DNA of 64,000 nucleotides from Squalus acanthias. Lineage: Eukaryota. The translations under genes were made by a program, and so were the position numbers. Shown here one piece after another: positions 23,720 through 35,528 of the stretch; position 1 is the first letter of the stretch; each line of letters begins with the position of its first letter. The stretch lies in contig CM059432.1 of assembly GCA_030390025.1 (NCBI GenBank), positions 79,052,001 to 79,116,000 on the forward strand. The letters run 5' to 3'. The notes under the pieces are model-generated. The model was not told the origin of the DNA. It did no database searches and saw only the letters and a program-made list of their open reading frames with translations.

Positions 23720-26700
23720 TATGGACGTGAAACATTTTAATTTATTGCACCTTCAATATATGCTCATAACTCATGCTAACAGCAAGCTGGTACTTATAGA
23801 ATGTACCACTTTTTTTTAATAAGCATTCAAGAAAAGAACTCCAAGTACTGTACAAGTCACTTATAGTACTGTACAATATATACTATTATAATACACAGGT
23901 GTTACATTATAGAGCAATTCATTTTAGATATTTAGTACAGCAACCACAAATATAAACAAACCAAATTTGCTGAACAATTGCCAGTGTCATCCTGTTATCA
24001 TAAATGTGTCAGTACATTTCTTATATCTATTATCAAGTGTTTTCATTTTCTTTTAAACAGGGACATTTTCTCCATTAAAAATAAACCATATATACAGTAC
24101 ACTATCCATACATACTCAGGGAGAGTTACTTCAACATGTTCTAATAACTGGATGGCAAACACTGCAAAAAAGTCCAGCTTTTGTGGGATATTTAACTTTA
24201 GGCCTGCTTTGCACTCTCAATTTATCTAAATTCTCATATTTTGTTTTTCGGTTATATCACTCTCTACAGAATGCTCCATCCAACAATACTTTGCATGAGT
24301 TCTGCTATTGCATTTAAAAGGATAATAAAGTTGAAAATCCCATGGAAAGATGGCAATGAATTTTAATGTACATGCTTAATGGAGCTGTCTTGTAATCCTC
24401 ACAAATTACCTAAAAACAAATTCAGAAGCAAATGAATCATTAATGTAGCTTAAGGCCCAAACTGACGGCACACAAAATCTGACTTTTATTTTAATCAATA
24501 TCTTTGTCTGAAAGCACATTCATTTTGCATGCTAAGAATGTAAATGTTCATGAAGTGTGTAAAGTATTCAGCAAGTCTCTAAGCATCTTTCAAAATGATT
24601 CAATTGCCATAACGATCACTATAAATTAAATGAAATCTGCCTATTAAAAAGCAAAATTAAGTTAATAAGATTAACAGACTACAATACTGGCTATTCAAAG
24701 CACAGTCTAAATGAAAAGCAGAAACTCTCAACTTTATGTTTTCGCAAAGGGGAAATCATTGAGGTTTATTCCCAGAGAGTCTTTTTAACATTTTGTGTAA
24801 TAGTGGATTTATGAATCCTTTTTTTAAAAAATAAGTAAGGCAGACTTATTTTTATGTAGTTTTACTGATTAAGGTTTGTGCATTCTGATTTTACATACAA
24901 GGAGTAAAAACTACCTTATTCATATAGTGGCAATATTAGAGTTTGCATTTCAAAATCAGAATATATTTGGTAGTTTTTCCCTTGCCCATTACAACTTAGT
25001 CTTGTTAAAACTGTTCACTACACACTGCCACTGTAAAATCACCTGCTACAGTTTATAACCACTCTGCTTGACTGCAATAATACTACCATTATCAGTGACT
25101 GTGCACACTACAGTATGGCATCTTTAATAGTGGAGAAAGACGTCTGTTTTTCCTCAGAATTATCAATCATACTAAGAGGAATATAGCGCCCAACATGTTT
25201 GATACAATTTGATGTTTTGAATGAGGTTAAAGGAATTCAAATTGTGATTTTAAAAAAAATTGTAGTGCTTATTTTTCTTTTACTTGCACCATAGCTAAAT
25301 ATTTGTGATGATACTTTTAAACTCAAGAAAAATGGATGAAGTAAGATAAGATGATCAATACTAAACAAAACTGTGAATTAAGCAACAGGAAAATAAATGT
25401 CCAGTGAATTTGATACGTTACTTTTGAAACCTGCAAAGCTCTACAGTTTTGTTCTAAAGCATTGTAATTTCCAATCCCTGTCAGTTGCTGTGAGTGTAAT
25501 GTAAAGCTTGTTGTACTTATTTTCCTTTACAACAATGGGTATGATCTCCAGTCTGACAACAGCCTGTGGACTCACATTGCTGGCTGACATCTGTAATGGA
25601 AAATAAAAAACACAACTAACATTTCAGACCTCAAATGGTTATTTTTAAAAAGAAGAAATTGTGTCTTTCCTCCCTTCACTTAGCTCCAAAGTTAGATTAA
25701 TTTTGGGGAGTACTTTCGAGAACTGCACCGAAAGCTTTTAGATCAAAGAAAGTGATTTGTGGTGGAAGTCTGAAAAATGCTGAACCCAAGTCCTTGGTTC
25801 TTTCCCAGAAAACAATATAATCTTTCAGTGCAGCTTATTCTTTTTTTTCCCCCCAAGATAGCTATTAAAATTTAGGACAGAGAGCTATTTTTCTTTCAAT
25901 TCTACTATATCACATACTATCTAGACCAAAAACTAAAGATCTTTACATTAGTACAGAATTTTCTAAAGACTGAAAATGAACCTATGCTCAAACAAATATG
26001 AATTGCAAGTATGGAACTGGTCAGTTTCACAGCAACTTGTATTCCATCCCTACTCAAGCACTCAGCCAAAACAATCTGCATACCATGGAAATAAACAAAG
26101 TGAAGCATTCAAATATTTTAACTGCAGGTCATTTTGTCATCACCAATTGGACTACTCCTGCACTAAGATCATAGTTTAGTTTGTCATGAAAAATTAAACT
26201 TTAAGTGAACCTCAAATCCATCAAGAATCTCTCTGTGGTAAGGCAATTAATACCTTTATTTTGCATCATGACTAATCACAATAGATGACTTAGATTATTT
26301 CTGCAAAGTGCTAAACCAAAAATATAAACAACTTGTATTATGCTAGGCCCTAGCCCTACCCCTAGAAGCCAGGGCAGTGAAGTGTGTGTTTGGATCTTTC
26401 TAAAGAGCAATATATTTATTTTGTGTTAATGGATGTACACCATATATGATCTTATGCAACTTCACATTTCAGTATTTTATTTCTAGCACAAACGTCACCA
26501 TCAACTAATATTGCTAAAATCAAATTTTGAATGCATCAGGAAAATGTATTCTTATGAGACTCATCTCTTTTTACCAAAGAGCTCTTACTGAGAGCTGCAT
26601 CAACAACAAAATCTCATCCAAGTTTTAGCTAATAATTATGGTTCTGTAGACTAATTTGGGCAGCAGTAAGGCAGAAGCTGTCATTTGGATCACCAAGAAA

Positions 26701-28063
26701 AATCTTGCTATCATGCAACGCATAGGGGGATTAAATCTGATTCTGTCTTTTGAACACGATGAGCTCCTTTTGCCATGGCACGACTCTTGTACAAAGCCCA
26801 GCTCTGCCTGCATGGGGAAAAAATTAGACAAATAGTTAAATTCAATGTTGACCGTGCAAATTTATTTTCCCCCCTCACTTTTTTCTTTCTTTTTCCAGGA
26901 ATTTACAACAATACTTCTTCATCTAGCCAGAGGCACAGGATGGCTGGACAACATAGTTCCACATAACTGAATATTAATGCTGCTCTCAGATTAGCCAATA
27001 TGTGTACCAATTTAGGTGTGGAATTATTAGTTTTGCTTTCTTCATCTGCCCCATCATTCCCCTCCTCCAATCCTGTGGACAACTGTGCAGGGGCAAATAA
27101 TCTTAGGACTCAACCACAACACTTTCTGGTTGGGAATCAAACATTCGAGTTATCAGACTGTCTACAGAGTGCTGGAGTGTGCTACTAGAGCAATAACACA
27201 TTGAAGGTTCACAAAATATAGTAAACCAGCTCAGAGGCTTACAAACACCATCTAATTACTGAAATGTGTTAATGTGTTTATCTCTTTCAACTACAATCCC
27301 CACTGTTAAATAAACACATCAAATTAGAGTTGTAGACATGTTTACCCTATTTTAAATGAACTGTTATTTCCCCTACATTTGGGGGTCATGCAGTTTATGG
27401 CTTCTTAAAATCTCATCATGTGATATGAATTGAAACACTATTGTTCCATGGGACCTTAACTGAATTCGGTTTATTTCACTCTTAAAAAGAATGGCATCAT
27501 CTGTATGTTCATGACAAATATTTGTATTGTTCTCACCCCAACCTCAGGTGTTATTAAAAATCTTACATTTGCATATATTTCCTGACTACAAAGCCTGACT
27601 TTCTGTTGTCGCATTTTTGTAACACTTTTTGTGCCAACCTTTTGCCATTATAAATTCCTATGGCTATATTTATAATAGGTTTTGTCTATGTAAACTCATA
27701 TTAGACGTCTTACCTCTGTGTGCACTGTGTCAACTTTTCCAATGACAAATTCCTATGTCCATATTTATAAGGGAAACTGCCTAGGTAAACACCCTCCCAC
27801 AACTGGCACAATTGTTGGACCTCAGATTTGCATCTTCCAGCTTCTCAATCTGTACTGCAGAGAAACTCCTATGTTCCAACCAATTCTATTTCTCTACTTC
27901 ACAAATAGCCATACATTTTGCGAATAATAATTATAAAATAAAAGTATTATATAAAAATAAAGACAGAATACAAGTGAAATGTTCTGCAGTTGTAAAGAAC
28001 TTACAATAGCTTGGGTACGTTTTCAGACTTACCAAGCTTCATAGTATCCATTTGTATATGAAG
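23720..28063 (-). other. VCPIP1: Probable VCPIP1 3' UTR (~4.3 kb)
   Basis: An AT-rich stretch with no recognisable TE, running from the stop codon to an AATAAA (minus strand, 23746-23741). The end point is inferred. Confidence 0.65.
23741..23746 (-). terminator. Candidate polyadenylation signal of VCPIP1
   Basis: AATAAA on the minus strand near the end of the TE-free block, followed by GT/T-rich sequence. Other AATAAA hexamers exist upstream. Confidence 0.5.
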
Positions 28064-28983
28064 TCAAGAGTGATCCATAGGTTCAATTGTCCCCTCTATT
28101 TCCTGACTATCCATTTCTTCAAGATCTTCATTCAAAAGGTTTCCATCGTGTGCGTTGCTTGATGGTATGGATGGATGTGGTAACAGTTCCACACCAACAG
28201 CTGTTGTTTCCATGCCCAAATTCTCATTGTCACCTGCTTGTGGAGTGACTGACAGTGGCTCCAGTGCTTCAGTTTGAAGGCTTTCAGTTCTCATTATTAA
28301 TTGGACTGAGGAAGTTGTAGAGTGTACTTTTGTTTCAGGGACATCACTAGGTATTGATTGTTCTGCATTTTGATCCCTCAAGTGTTTATCCATGGAGGCT
28401 TGAATGGAAGATACCATCTCTTGCAACTTCTTACGTTGTATTTCAATTAAAGTGGAGTCAAGTTGCCTACCGTCTCGCATTGTTACAAAACCAGGCGCCA
28501 TTCGTATTAGCTGACTATCCCCACTGCTGGACTTGGGTGGGGAAGCCCCTTGCTTGGGACTAGACTTGCCAACACCATAATTAAGATCTGTTCCCGAAGA
28601 ACTACCAATGCTTTGTTTCCTAGGCACCTGCAATTCCCTGCTATGCCTCTGCTCCAACTGTGGGCTACTTGAAGCAGTCCCAAGGGAATGGCCTTTTCCC
28701 TGGAAAGCTGTGACATTTGGCATTTGTTCAGATTTTTTTCGCACCACTCCTCCACTGCCAAGTTTCATCCCTCCATGCGAAGAGGGACTTCCTTCCCTAC
28801 TTCTTGACCCTCCCTCAGACCGTAACTGACTTAAGGCCTCTTTGATCAGATTGTCAATGTCAGGACCAATGGTGATGTGCCCTGCTGGATCAATGCACAG
28901 TTCCAGCCTATCGTCTGTTCCATTGTACACAAATGTCTTACCAGGAAGATGGGGAAGAGTGAAGTGCTTGCCATCTGCTAAAC
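28064..28983 (-). CDS. VCPIP1: VCPIP1 exon 3 CDS (C-terminal region to stop)
   Basis: Acceptor tacgcag|GT TTA GCA GAT GGC gives (G)LADGKHFTLPHLPGKTFVYNGTDDRLELC...EEMDSQEIEGTIEPMDHS*. This is 920 nt, making the total CDS 3615 nt = 1204 aa + stop. Confidence 0.97.
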
Positions 28984-29089
28984 CTGCGTATAAGAATGGG
29001 CACCAAGAACAAAATATTAGAATCAGTTGATACAGTTTAAAACAACCTAGTACTTATGATCTCCATTTCAAAAAATTCATTGCATTGTA

Positions 29090-29635
29090 ATAAGAACATA
29101 AGAATTAGGAGCAGCAGTAGGCCATATGGCCCCTCGAGCCTGCTCTGCCATTCATTAAGATCATGGTTGATCTTCAACCTCAACTCCACTTTCCCGCCCG
29201 ATCGCCCTAGAGTCCAAAAATCAATCTATCTCAGTCTTGAATATACTCAACAATTCAGCATCCAGTATGCTTTTTGTGTCTTCTACTGTGAAGACAGAAA
29301 CAAAATATTTGTTTAAAGTCTCTGCCATTTCCTTATTCCCCATTATAATTTCTCCTGTCTCAGCCTCTAAGGGACCAATGCTTACTTCTGCTACTCTCTT
29401 CCTTTTTACATACTTGTAGAAGCTCTTACAATGTTTTTATATTTCTTGCTAGTTTACTCTCATATTCTATTTTTTCCCCTTTTTATCAATTTTTTGGTCA
29501 TCCTTTGCTGGCTTCTAAAGCTGTCCCAATCCTCAGGCTCACTACTATTCTTCGCAACATTATAAGTCTCTTCTTTTAATCTAATACTATCCTTAACTTC
29601 TTTAGTTAGCCATGGATGGATCACTTTTCCCGTAA
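29090..29635 (-). mobile_element. Internally deleted CR1 (3' end joined to an upstream ORF2 piece)
   Basis: The tail taagaacataagaattaggagc is followed by ttctactgtgaagacag...tctgccatttcc, typical of the CR1 inter-domain region. Confidence 0.75.
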
Positions 29636-29894
29636 TTCAAGAAAATTGTAATTTCACTGGTAGTAATAAATTTTCACTTATGTGTTTCAATGTAGCATCT
29701 CTATAAAGATTCAAAATCCTGTTTTTAAAAAAAAGAAACACGGGGGAGAGCACTAGCTGCAACTGATTAATCAACGTCAATAGATCTACAATAGGCTACA
29801 GGTTACTATAACCACGAACCTGAACTGCATTTAAATAGTCGTTCTATCACCAAATTTAACTGGAATACCAACCAAATACTGATGAAGGCACCCT

Positions 29895-30200
29895 TGAACG
29901 GCCCTCATCTCCGCTCCCTTAAGTCCAAGGGACGCAGACTTGAATGTTTATGGCTGACAACTGCTTTAGCAATTCATCGCCAGATCTGGTTGGATCACAT
30001 AAAGCATTATCGGGTCCTGCTCTTCTCTGTCAAAACTGCTCACTATTCCAGGATCATCCTGGAATGCAAAGATAACCCCCGGCTTCTCTTCACTACAAAC
30101 CTGCTTCTTAAGCCCCTCTCCCCTGCCTCCTCCACCCTCACCTCCAACAAATGCGAGGAGCTCCTGGACTTCTTTGTCACTAAGATTGAGACCATCCGTC
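29895..30200 (+). mobile_element. L2-like LINE internal fragment
   Basis: PHLRSLKSKGRRLE..W...IHRQIWLDHIKHYRVLL, homologous to 49621-49971. Confidence 0.8.
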
Positions 30201-31191
30201 CCACAACTCGTGCCTCATGGTTGTTATTTGTACATTTAGTGCCTAGTTGCCATGCTTCATAGAATGTTATATTCAGCCCATTAAATCTGTGCTGATGTGT
30301 TTTCTTTTGCCACCTAGTCTAATCATACTCTTCTGTTCACTTTCATACCATTTAATAGTCCTCTTTTTCAAGCAACTATCTAATTTCCTTTTAAATTAAT
30401 TTATGGACTCTGAAAGAAAGAATTTGTATTTATATAGTGCTTTTTACGAACTCAGGATGTCCCAAGGCACTTTACAGCCGATTAAATACTTTTTTGAAAT
30501 GTAGACACTGTTGTAATTTAGGACTCTGCTTCAACAATGGTTTGTGGAAGTGAATTCCATATTCCAACTACCCTCTGTGTAACGATATTTTTTCTAACCA
30601 ACCAGGGATGAGTGTGACACAAATTGTTGCACAGCACTCTGGATATACTAGGAGAAGAGCAAAAACTACAACTCCCATGAAACACACACACACAGAATTT
30701 GTTACTAGGAAGCTATAACTCCCCATCCCACATGAAGAGTTCAAATCCTAGGAAAAGAGCAGAAGTCAAGCTGCTATCCTGAATGAGCGAGTGTGGGAAA
30801 CAACGGGGGGAAGAGAGAGAAAACTGGGGGGTGGGGGGAGAAGAGATAATAGAGGAGGGAGGAAGAAAGAGGGGGGGGGCGGGAGAAAGAAAGAAAGCGG
30901 GGTTGAGAGGTGAGGGAGGGCTTGTAACCAATATCCTCTATGAATGGTCAGAATTAGTCAATAGTAACTAACCATTTACAGAAATGATCCGAGAGAACAT
31001 TATTTGCCTGCAATAAGAGCTCTGAAATATGTTTTGGATAAAAAAAACTAACATAATTGATAACTTTATCAGGTTAATGTACAAAAAGCAAATTATCTCA
31101 CATAGTTTCCAAAATTTTACACTGAGCAGCAAATAATTAGTGTCTCCCTCTCTTATGGCAGCTGGACAAATAAATCTTATGTAAGGACAGT

Positions 31192-31382
31192 GGCCTAGAA
31201 ATTCATCTCGGGCTGTGGCATAAAACGGGCAGTATTGGATCGGATCGGCCGCCCGTTATAAGGAGCGCCTGATATTCAGTTACATTTACTGCAATGGAAC
31301 TGAATATCAGGCGCTCCGTATAACGAGCAGCCAATCAGATGCCACCCATTTTGCGCCACCGCCCGAAACGAACTTCTAGGCC
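31192..31382. mobile_element. Fold-back MITE (GGCC-ended, Harbinger-like)
   Basis: TIRs are ggcctagaaattcatctcgggc and gcccgaaacgaacttctaggcc. The interior is also self-complementary (ggagcgcctgatattcagtt ... aactgaatatcaggcgctcc). No clear TSD. Confidence 0.8.
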
Positions 31383-31769
31383 GCGTATCTCTGTCTGCTT
31401 CTCCCACTATGGCCAGGTTTCTGCCGCACTTCCAGCGAAGTTACAGCAGCGGAGCGGGAACAGCGCCAAGGAAATTCCTGGCTAATATTTCCCTCAGCTT
31501 GACACTTCCTGAAATTAAAAAATGAAGTTAATAGCCTTTATTTAAAAGTTAGTTGAAACATCCTTAAATTCATCATCCAGTTTGTATTCAAATCAGTTTC
31601 AAAAACACACAAACTAAAAGATTGTTATGCATAAAGACACAATTTATATTTTTAATGAGAAAATAAATAATAGATTGGAATTTGAAAGATAAATAAAAGC
31701 TGCTGCAGGTATGTAATCCGTACTGTATGTCATATTTGCAGAGGGTATCTGGCCATTTGTTTTCTTTCT

Positions 31770-31771
<2 letters not shown>

Positions 31772-31800
<29 letters not shown>
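31772..31800. repeat. (CA)n microsatellite
   Basis: Direct observation. Confidence 0.95.
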
Positions 31801-31803
<3 letters not shown>

Positions 31804-33029
31804 TTCAAAAACGCTTGATACAAGCTAGCTCTGAATAAAGTTTTTGAAATTTATCCTCCAGCTTTCCCTTCAAATAATTTCAGAAAAACAGGCTAGAGAA
31901 ATATTTTTCAAATCTGGCTGACAAAATACTACCGACCCATGCTAGGAAATGTGCACACTGCACTTATTCAAACTGTAGGATCTACCTTTAGCTGACTGAG
32001 AAACAACTTCGGGCAAAAATAACCTAGTCCAAGTTCAGGTTTTTGGGAGAGCTAAAGACCTTAAACTTATATTAATGTAAGTACTCAAAGACAACTATAG
32101 TTGAAATTAATAACATCATTGTGAAATATGTAAACTTTTAACATCTCATGTTACAATCCTTATTTGGGACATTAGAATTTTCAGTTACTGAGGGAAAAAT
32201 GTTACTTATTTAATTATTTTATCCTCTCCCATCTCATTTGATTGGTAGATTTGACTGGTTATTCAGAATTGCTTGTTTTCCTAAGTCTTTACTAGTTTCT
32301 CATTTGTAGTTTTCCAGCTACTTGGTTTGCTTTTGATTTGAACATTTCCTAACTCTTCCATTCTGATTTGCTGCTGTTTTACTTTGAGCCAAAGTGTGAT
32401 GGCTAGAGTGCGACAGGAAGTAACGGTGTTGCTTACAGGAAATAAGTGTGATGCTTAATATGTTATATAAGTAGAGGTTAAAAGGTCAAAGCTTTGATTT
32501 AAATAGGTGACCATGGAAGTTAAAAACAGAACTGCAAAATATATAAAATCAAATTAAGAAATACTGAAAGCATCAGCATGGATAAAAACAAAAAACATAA
32601 TTTTCAAAACCATTATACTTTTACATATGAAAGCAACCCATTTGAGCACAAAACGTCTCTGCCAGAATCGGGTTATATGCCTCAAAAAAACAAAGGAGTA
32701 GAATCAGTCAACATTGGCACCTATTGCACGACAACTACCAAATAACTGATTTATGAAACTAAATAGGAGTCTTAAGAGTTTTATCAACTTTTAGAAATTA
32801 TAATATCTTGCTACTTCAAATATGGCACTATTTTCTAATAACTGTGCAGAAAAATGGTAGATAAGACAATGAGAAACACGCAGAGTAAAAAACAGCCTTA
32901 TTCCCACAAGTAAAGGGGTGCAGCAAAATTGAGTGCCTTGGACAAGTAGAGAAATTCAAATTAAGCTTAAACTTAAAAAAATATACAAAATCTAGAACTA
33001 ATTACATGAATGAAAATCAAACAGAAAAT

Positions 33030-33926
33030 AGAAAATATAATCTAAATCGTACTATTTTGAGGGGGGTGCAAGAGCAGAGGGATCAGGGGTGCATATTCCA
33101 AATCTTTGAAGGTGGCAGGGCAAGTTGATAAGGTGGTTAAGAAAGCATATGGGATACTTAGCATTGTAAATAGGGGCATTGAATATAAAAACAAGGAAGT
33201 CATGCTAAACCTTTATAAATATCTGGTTAGGCCTCAGGTAGAGTATTGTGTACAATTCTGGGCACCACACTTTAGGAAAGATGTCAAGGTCTTGGAGAGG
33301 GTACAAAAGAGGTTTACCAGGATATCAGGGATGAGGCACTTCAGTTATGTGGAGACATTGGAGAAGCTGGGATTGTTCTCCTTAGAGCAGAGAAGGTTAA
33401 GGGGAGACCTTATTAGAGATGTTCAAAATTATGAGGAGTTTTAATAGAGCAAGTAGGAAGAAACTGTTACCTCTGGCAACTGGGTTGGTAACCAGCGGTC
33501 ATAGATTTAAAATAATTGGCAAAAGAACTAGAGGGGAAATGAGCAATGTACCCTCTAATTTTTTTTTTTAGGTGCGTGGTCCCTTTAAATTTTCTGCGCG
33601 GCATCTTTTCCAGCATTACAGCTGGTGAGCAGCCTGCACGGGACCTCCTGATCACTGCGCGGCCGTGCAGCTTAGAAGGAACGTTGGAAGTGAGGAGAAT
33701 TTTTTCACACAGAGGGTTGTTGCGATCTGGAACGCACTACCTGAAAGGGTGGTGGAATCAGATTCCATAGCAACTTTCAAATGGCAATTGGACATGTACT
33801 GGAAGAGGACTAATTTGTAGGGTTATGGGGAAAAAGCTGGGGCGTGGGACTAAATTGAACAGCTCTTTCAAAGAACCGGCACAGGCCGAATGGCTTCCTT
33901 TTGTACTGTAAGATTCTATGATTCTA
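33030..33926 (+). mobile_element. CR1 LINE 3' fragment
   Basis: KVVKKAYGIL...LVRPQVEYCVQFWAPHFRKD...RRLRGDLI, with tail gattctatgattct. Confidence 0.9.
33544..33686. mobile_element. hAT-type MITE nested in CR1
   Basis: TIRs are caatgtaccctctaa and ttagaaggaacgttg. The 8-bp TSD is gaaatgag (33536-33543) / gaagtgag (33687-33694). Removing the element restores CR1 gaggggaaatgaggagaa as at ~3861-3878. Confidence 0.88.
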
Positions 33927-33934
33927 AGTTTAGA

Positions 33935-34445
33935 AATGTTTAAAAAAGGGAGAAAGGAATAACTCAGGTTAGAATAGACCAGTCAGCCTAACACTGGGGA
34001 AGCATCTAGAAGCCATACTATAGGATAAAATGAATGTGCACTGGAAAGACATGGGCTAATTAAAAACAGACAGCACAGATTTGTAGAAGGAAAACTGTAT
34101 TTAACAAATTTAAAAGAGTGAGGAAATAACAGTGTATTGATAATGGAAATGCAGTGGATGTTGTGTATATAGGTTTTCAAATGGTGCCACACAGGAGGCT
34201 TGTTGATAAAATTATAATACATGGTATTCAAGAGAATGTGGTACCATGGATAGGAAGTTTGTTAAAGGACAAAAAATAGATACTAGTTATTAATGGATGT
34301 TTTTCCAGACTGGAGGGATGTGAACAGTGGTGACCCCCCAGGAGTCAATGTTTGGAACTTGGCACAATATTAACATTTGTAGACAGCATAAAAATAGGGA
34401 GCATAGTTAACTGTGAATAGGACTGTACGTGACTTCCAGTTGTGC
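33935..34445 (+). mobile_element. Old CR1 RT fragment
   Basis: agaccagtcagcctaaca...cagcacagatttgta...gcagtggatgttgtgtatata...gtggtgacccccagg. Confidence 0.7.
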
Positions 34446-34511
34446 CCAGTTTGGAGTGGCCTACTTCAGGAAGACTGTGGAGGTGGTGCAAAAGAAATGG
34501 CCTGTTTCTGT

Positions 34512-34711
34512 AATAAAAACAGAAAATGCTGGAAATACTCAGCAGGTCAGGCAGCATCTGTAGAGAAAGAAACAAACAGAGTTAACGTTTCAGGTCGACG
34601 ACCCTTCGTTTCTCTCTCTACAGAATCTGCCTGACCTGCTGAGTATTTCCAGCGTTTTCTGTTTTTATTTCAGATTTCCAGCATCCGCAGTATTTTGCTT
34701 TTGTATTTGTG
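34512..34711. mobile_element. Short fold-back Penelope terminal-repeat insertion (family 1)
   Basis: Two inverted copies of the terminal repeat, flanked by the 14-bp direct repeat tggcctgtttctgt at 34498-34511 and 34712-34725. Confidence 0.88.
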
Positions 34712-35441
34712 TGGCCTGTTTCTGTGCTGTGTCAGTTTACAAAAGTGTTGCATCAATGCAATAGACTAAGCTACACTATCTAAAGAAATTAGTTACATTT
34801 ACCTTTTTATTCACCAGCAAACAGGTTAATGATGCTCATCTGGTTGTGTTGTGTCCATTAAAGTAGCAGCAAGCTTTAAACATCCATTTAGATGATTGCT
34901 CAGTTGATAAAGTATTAAATTGGTTATTCCTGAATATATATTTTGATTGCCTAAGTGGCAGCTATAAGGTTCCCCAATAACTCCTGCATGAAAACACCCT
35001 ACTAAACTTCCCTCCAACCATATAATTAAACTATGTTATGATTTTTTCACAGAAGTAGTTAAGAGAACATGAAATTAAATGAGGAAATGGACCATGCAGT
35101 ATTGCTATGCACTGGAGCTCGAACACTCAAAGCCATCAGGTAGAATAGAAATTCAATCTTATACACCTCTCAGTTCCCAATCGGAGTTGATATAAGCAGA
35201 AAACCTCCGTGTGGAGACTGTGGCATTTCCTTGCAGGGTGGAAGCGCAAATAAAATAAATTGGATAGGGGCATTCAGCCAGGTGGTACATCATGTCTCCA
35301 AGCAGCTAGCCAAATGTGGCACTGGTAGAGCAGACAGTTTGGCAGCAGAAGTTCATGTCCAGGCATATTAATGAATACTTACACTTGGAAAAATTATGAG
35401 GATATATAAAGTGACGAAAACTGCAACATGATTCGCCTTAC

Positions 35442-35528
35442 CCACATCTTTCTTCATGGTGTTATAGAACACTCCACCTTGTTCAAATAAGTGTGGTAGC
35501 TTCTTTGCGTATGACCAAACATCTTCTC
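35442..35528 (-). CDS. VCPIP1: VCPIP1 exon 2 (87 nt, phase 1-1)
   Basis: Read by hand; it is not in the ORF track. tttag|GA GAA GAT GTT TGG...GAT GTG G|gtaagg encodes (G)EDVWSYAKKLPHLFEQGGVFYNTMKKDV(G), matching the short VCPIP1 middle exon and keeping frame between exons 1 and 3. Confidence 0.97.

Noticed and set aside
28064..28930. 288-aa ORF as a standalone gene
   Set aside because: Its 'start' is an internal GTG. It is VCPIP1 exon 3, with the acceptor at 28983.
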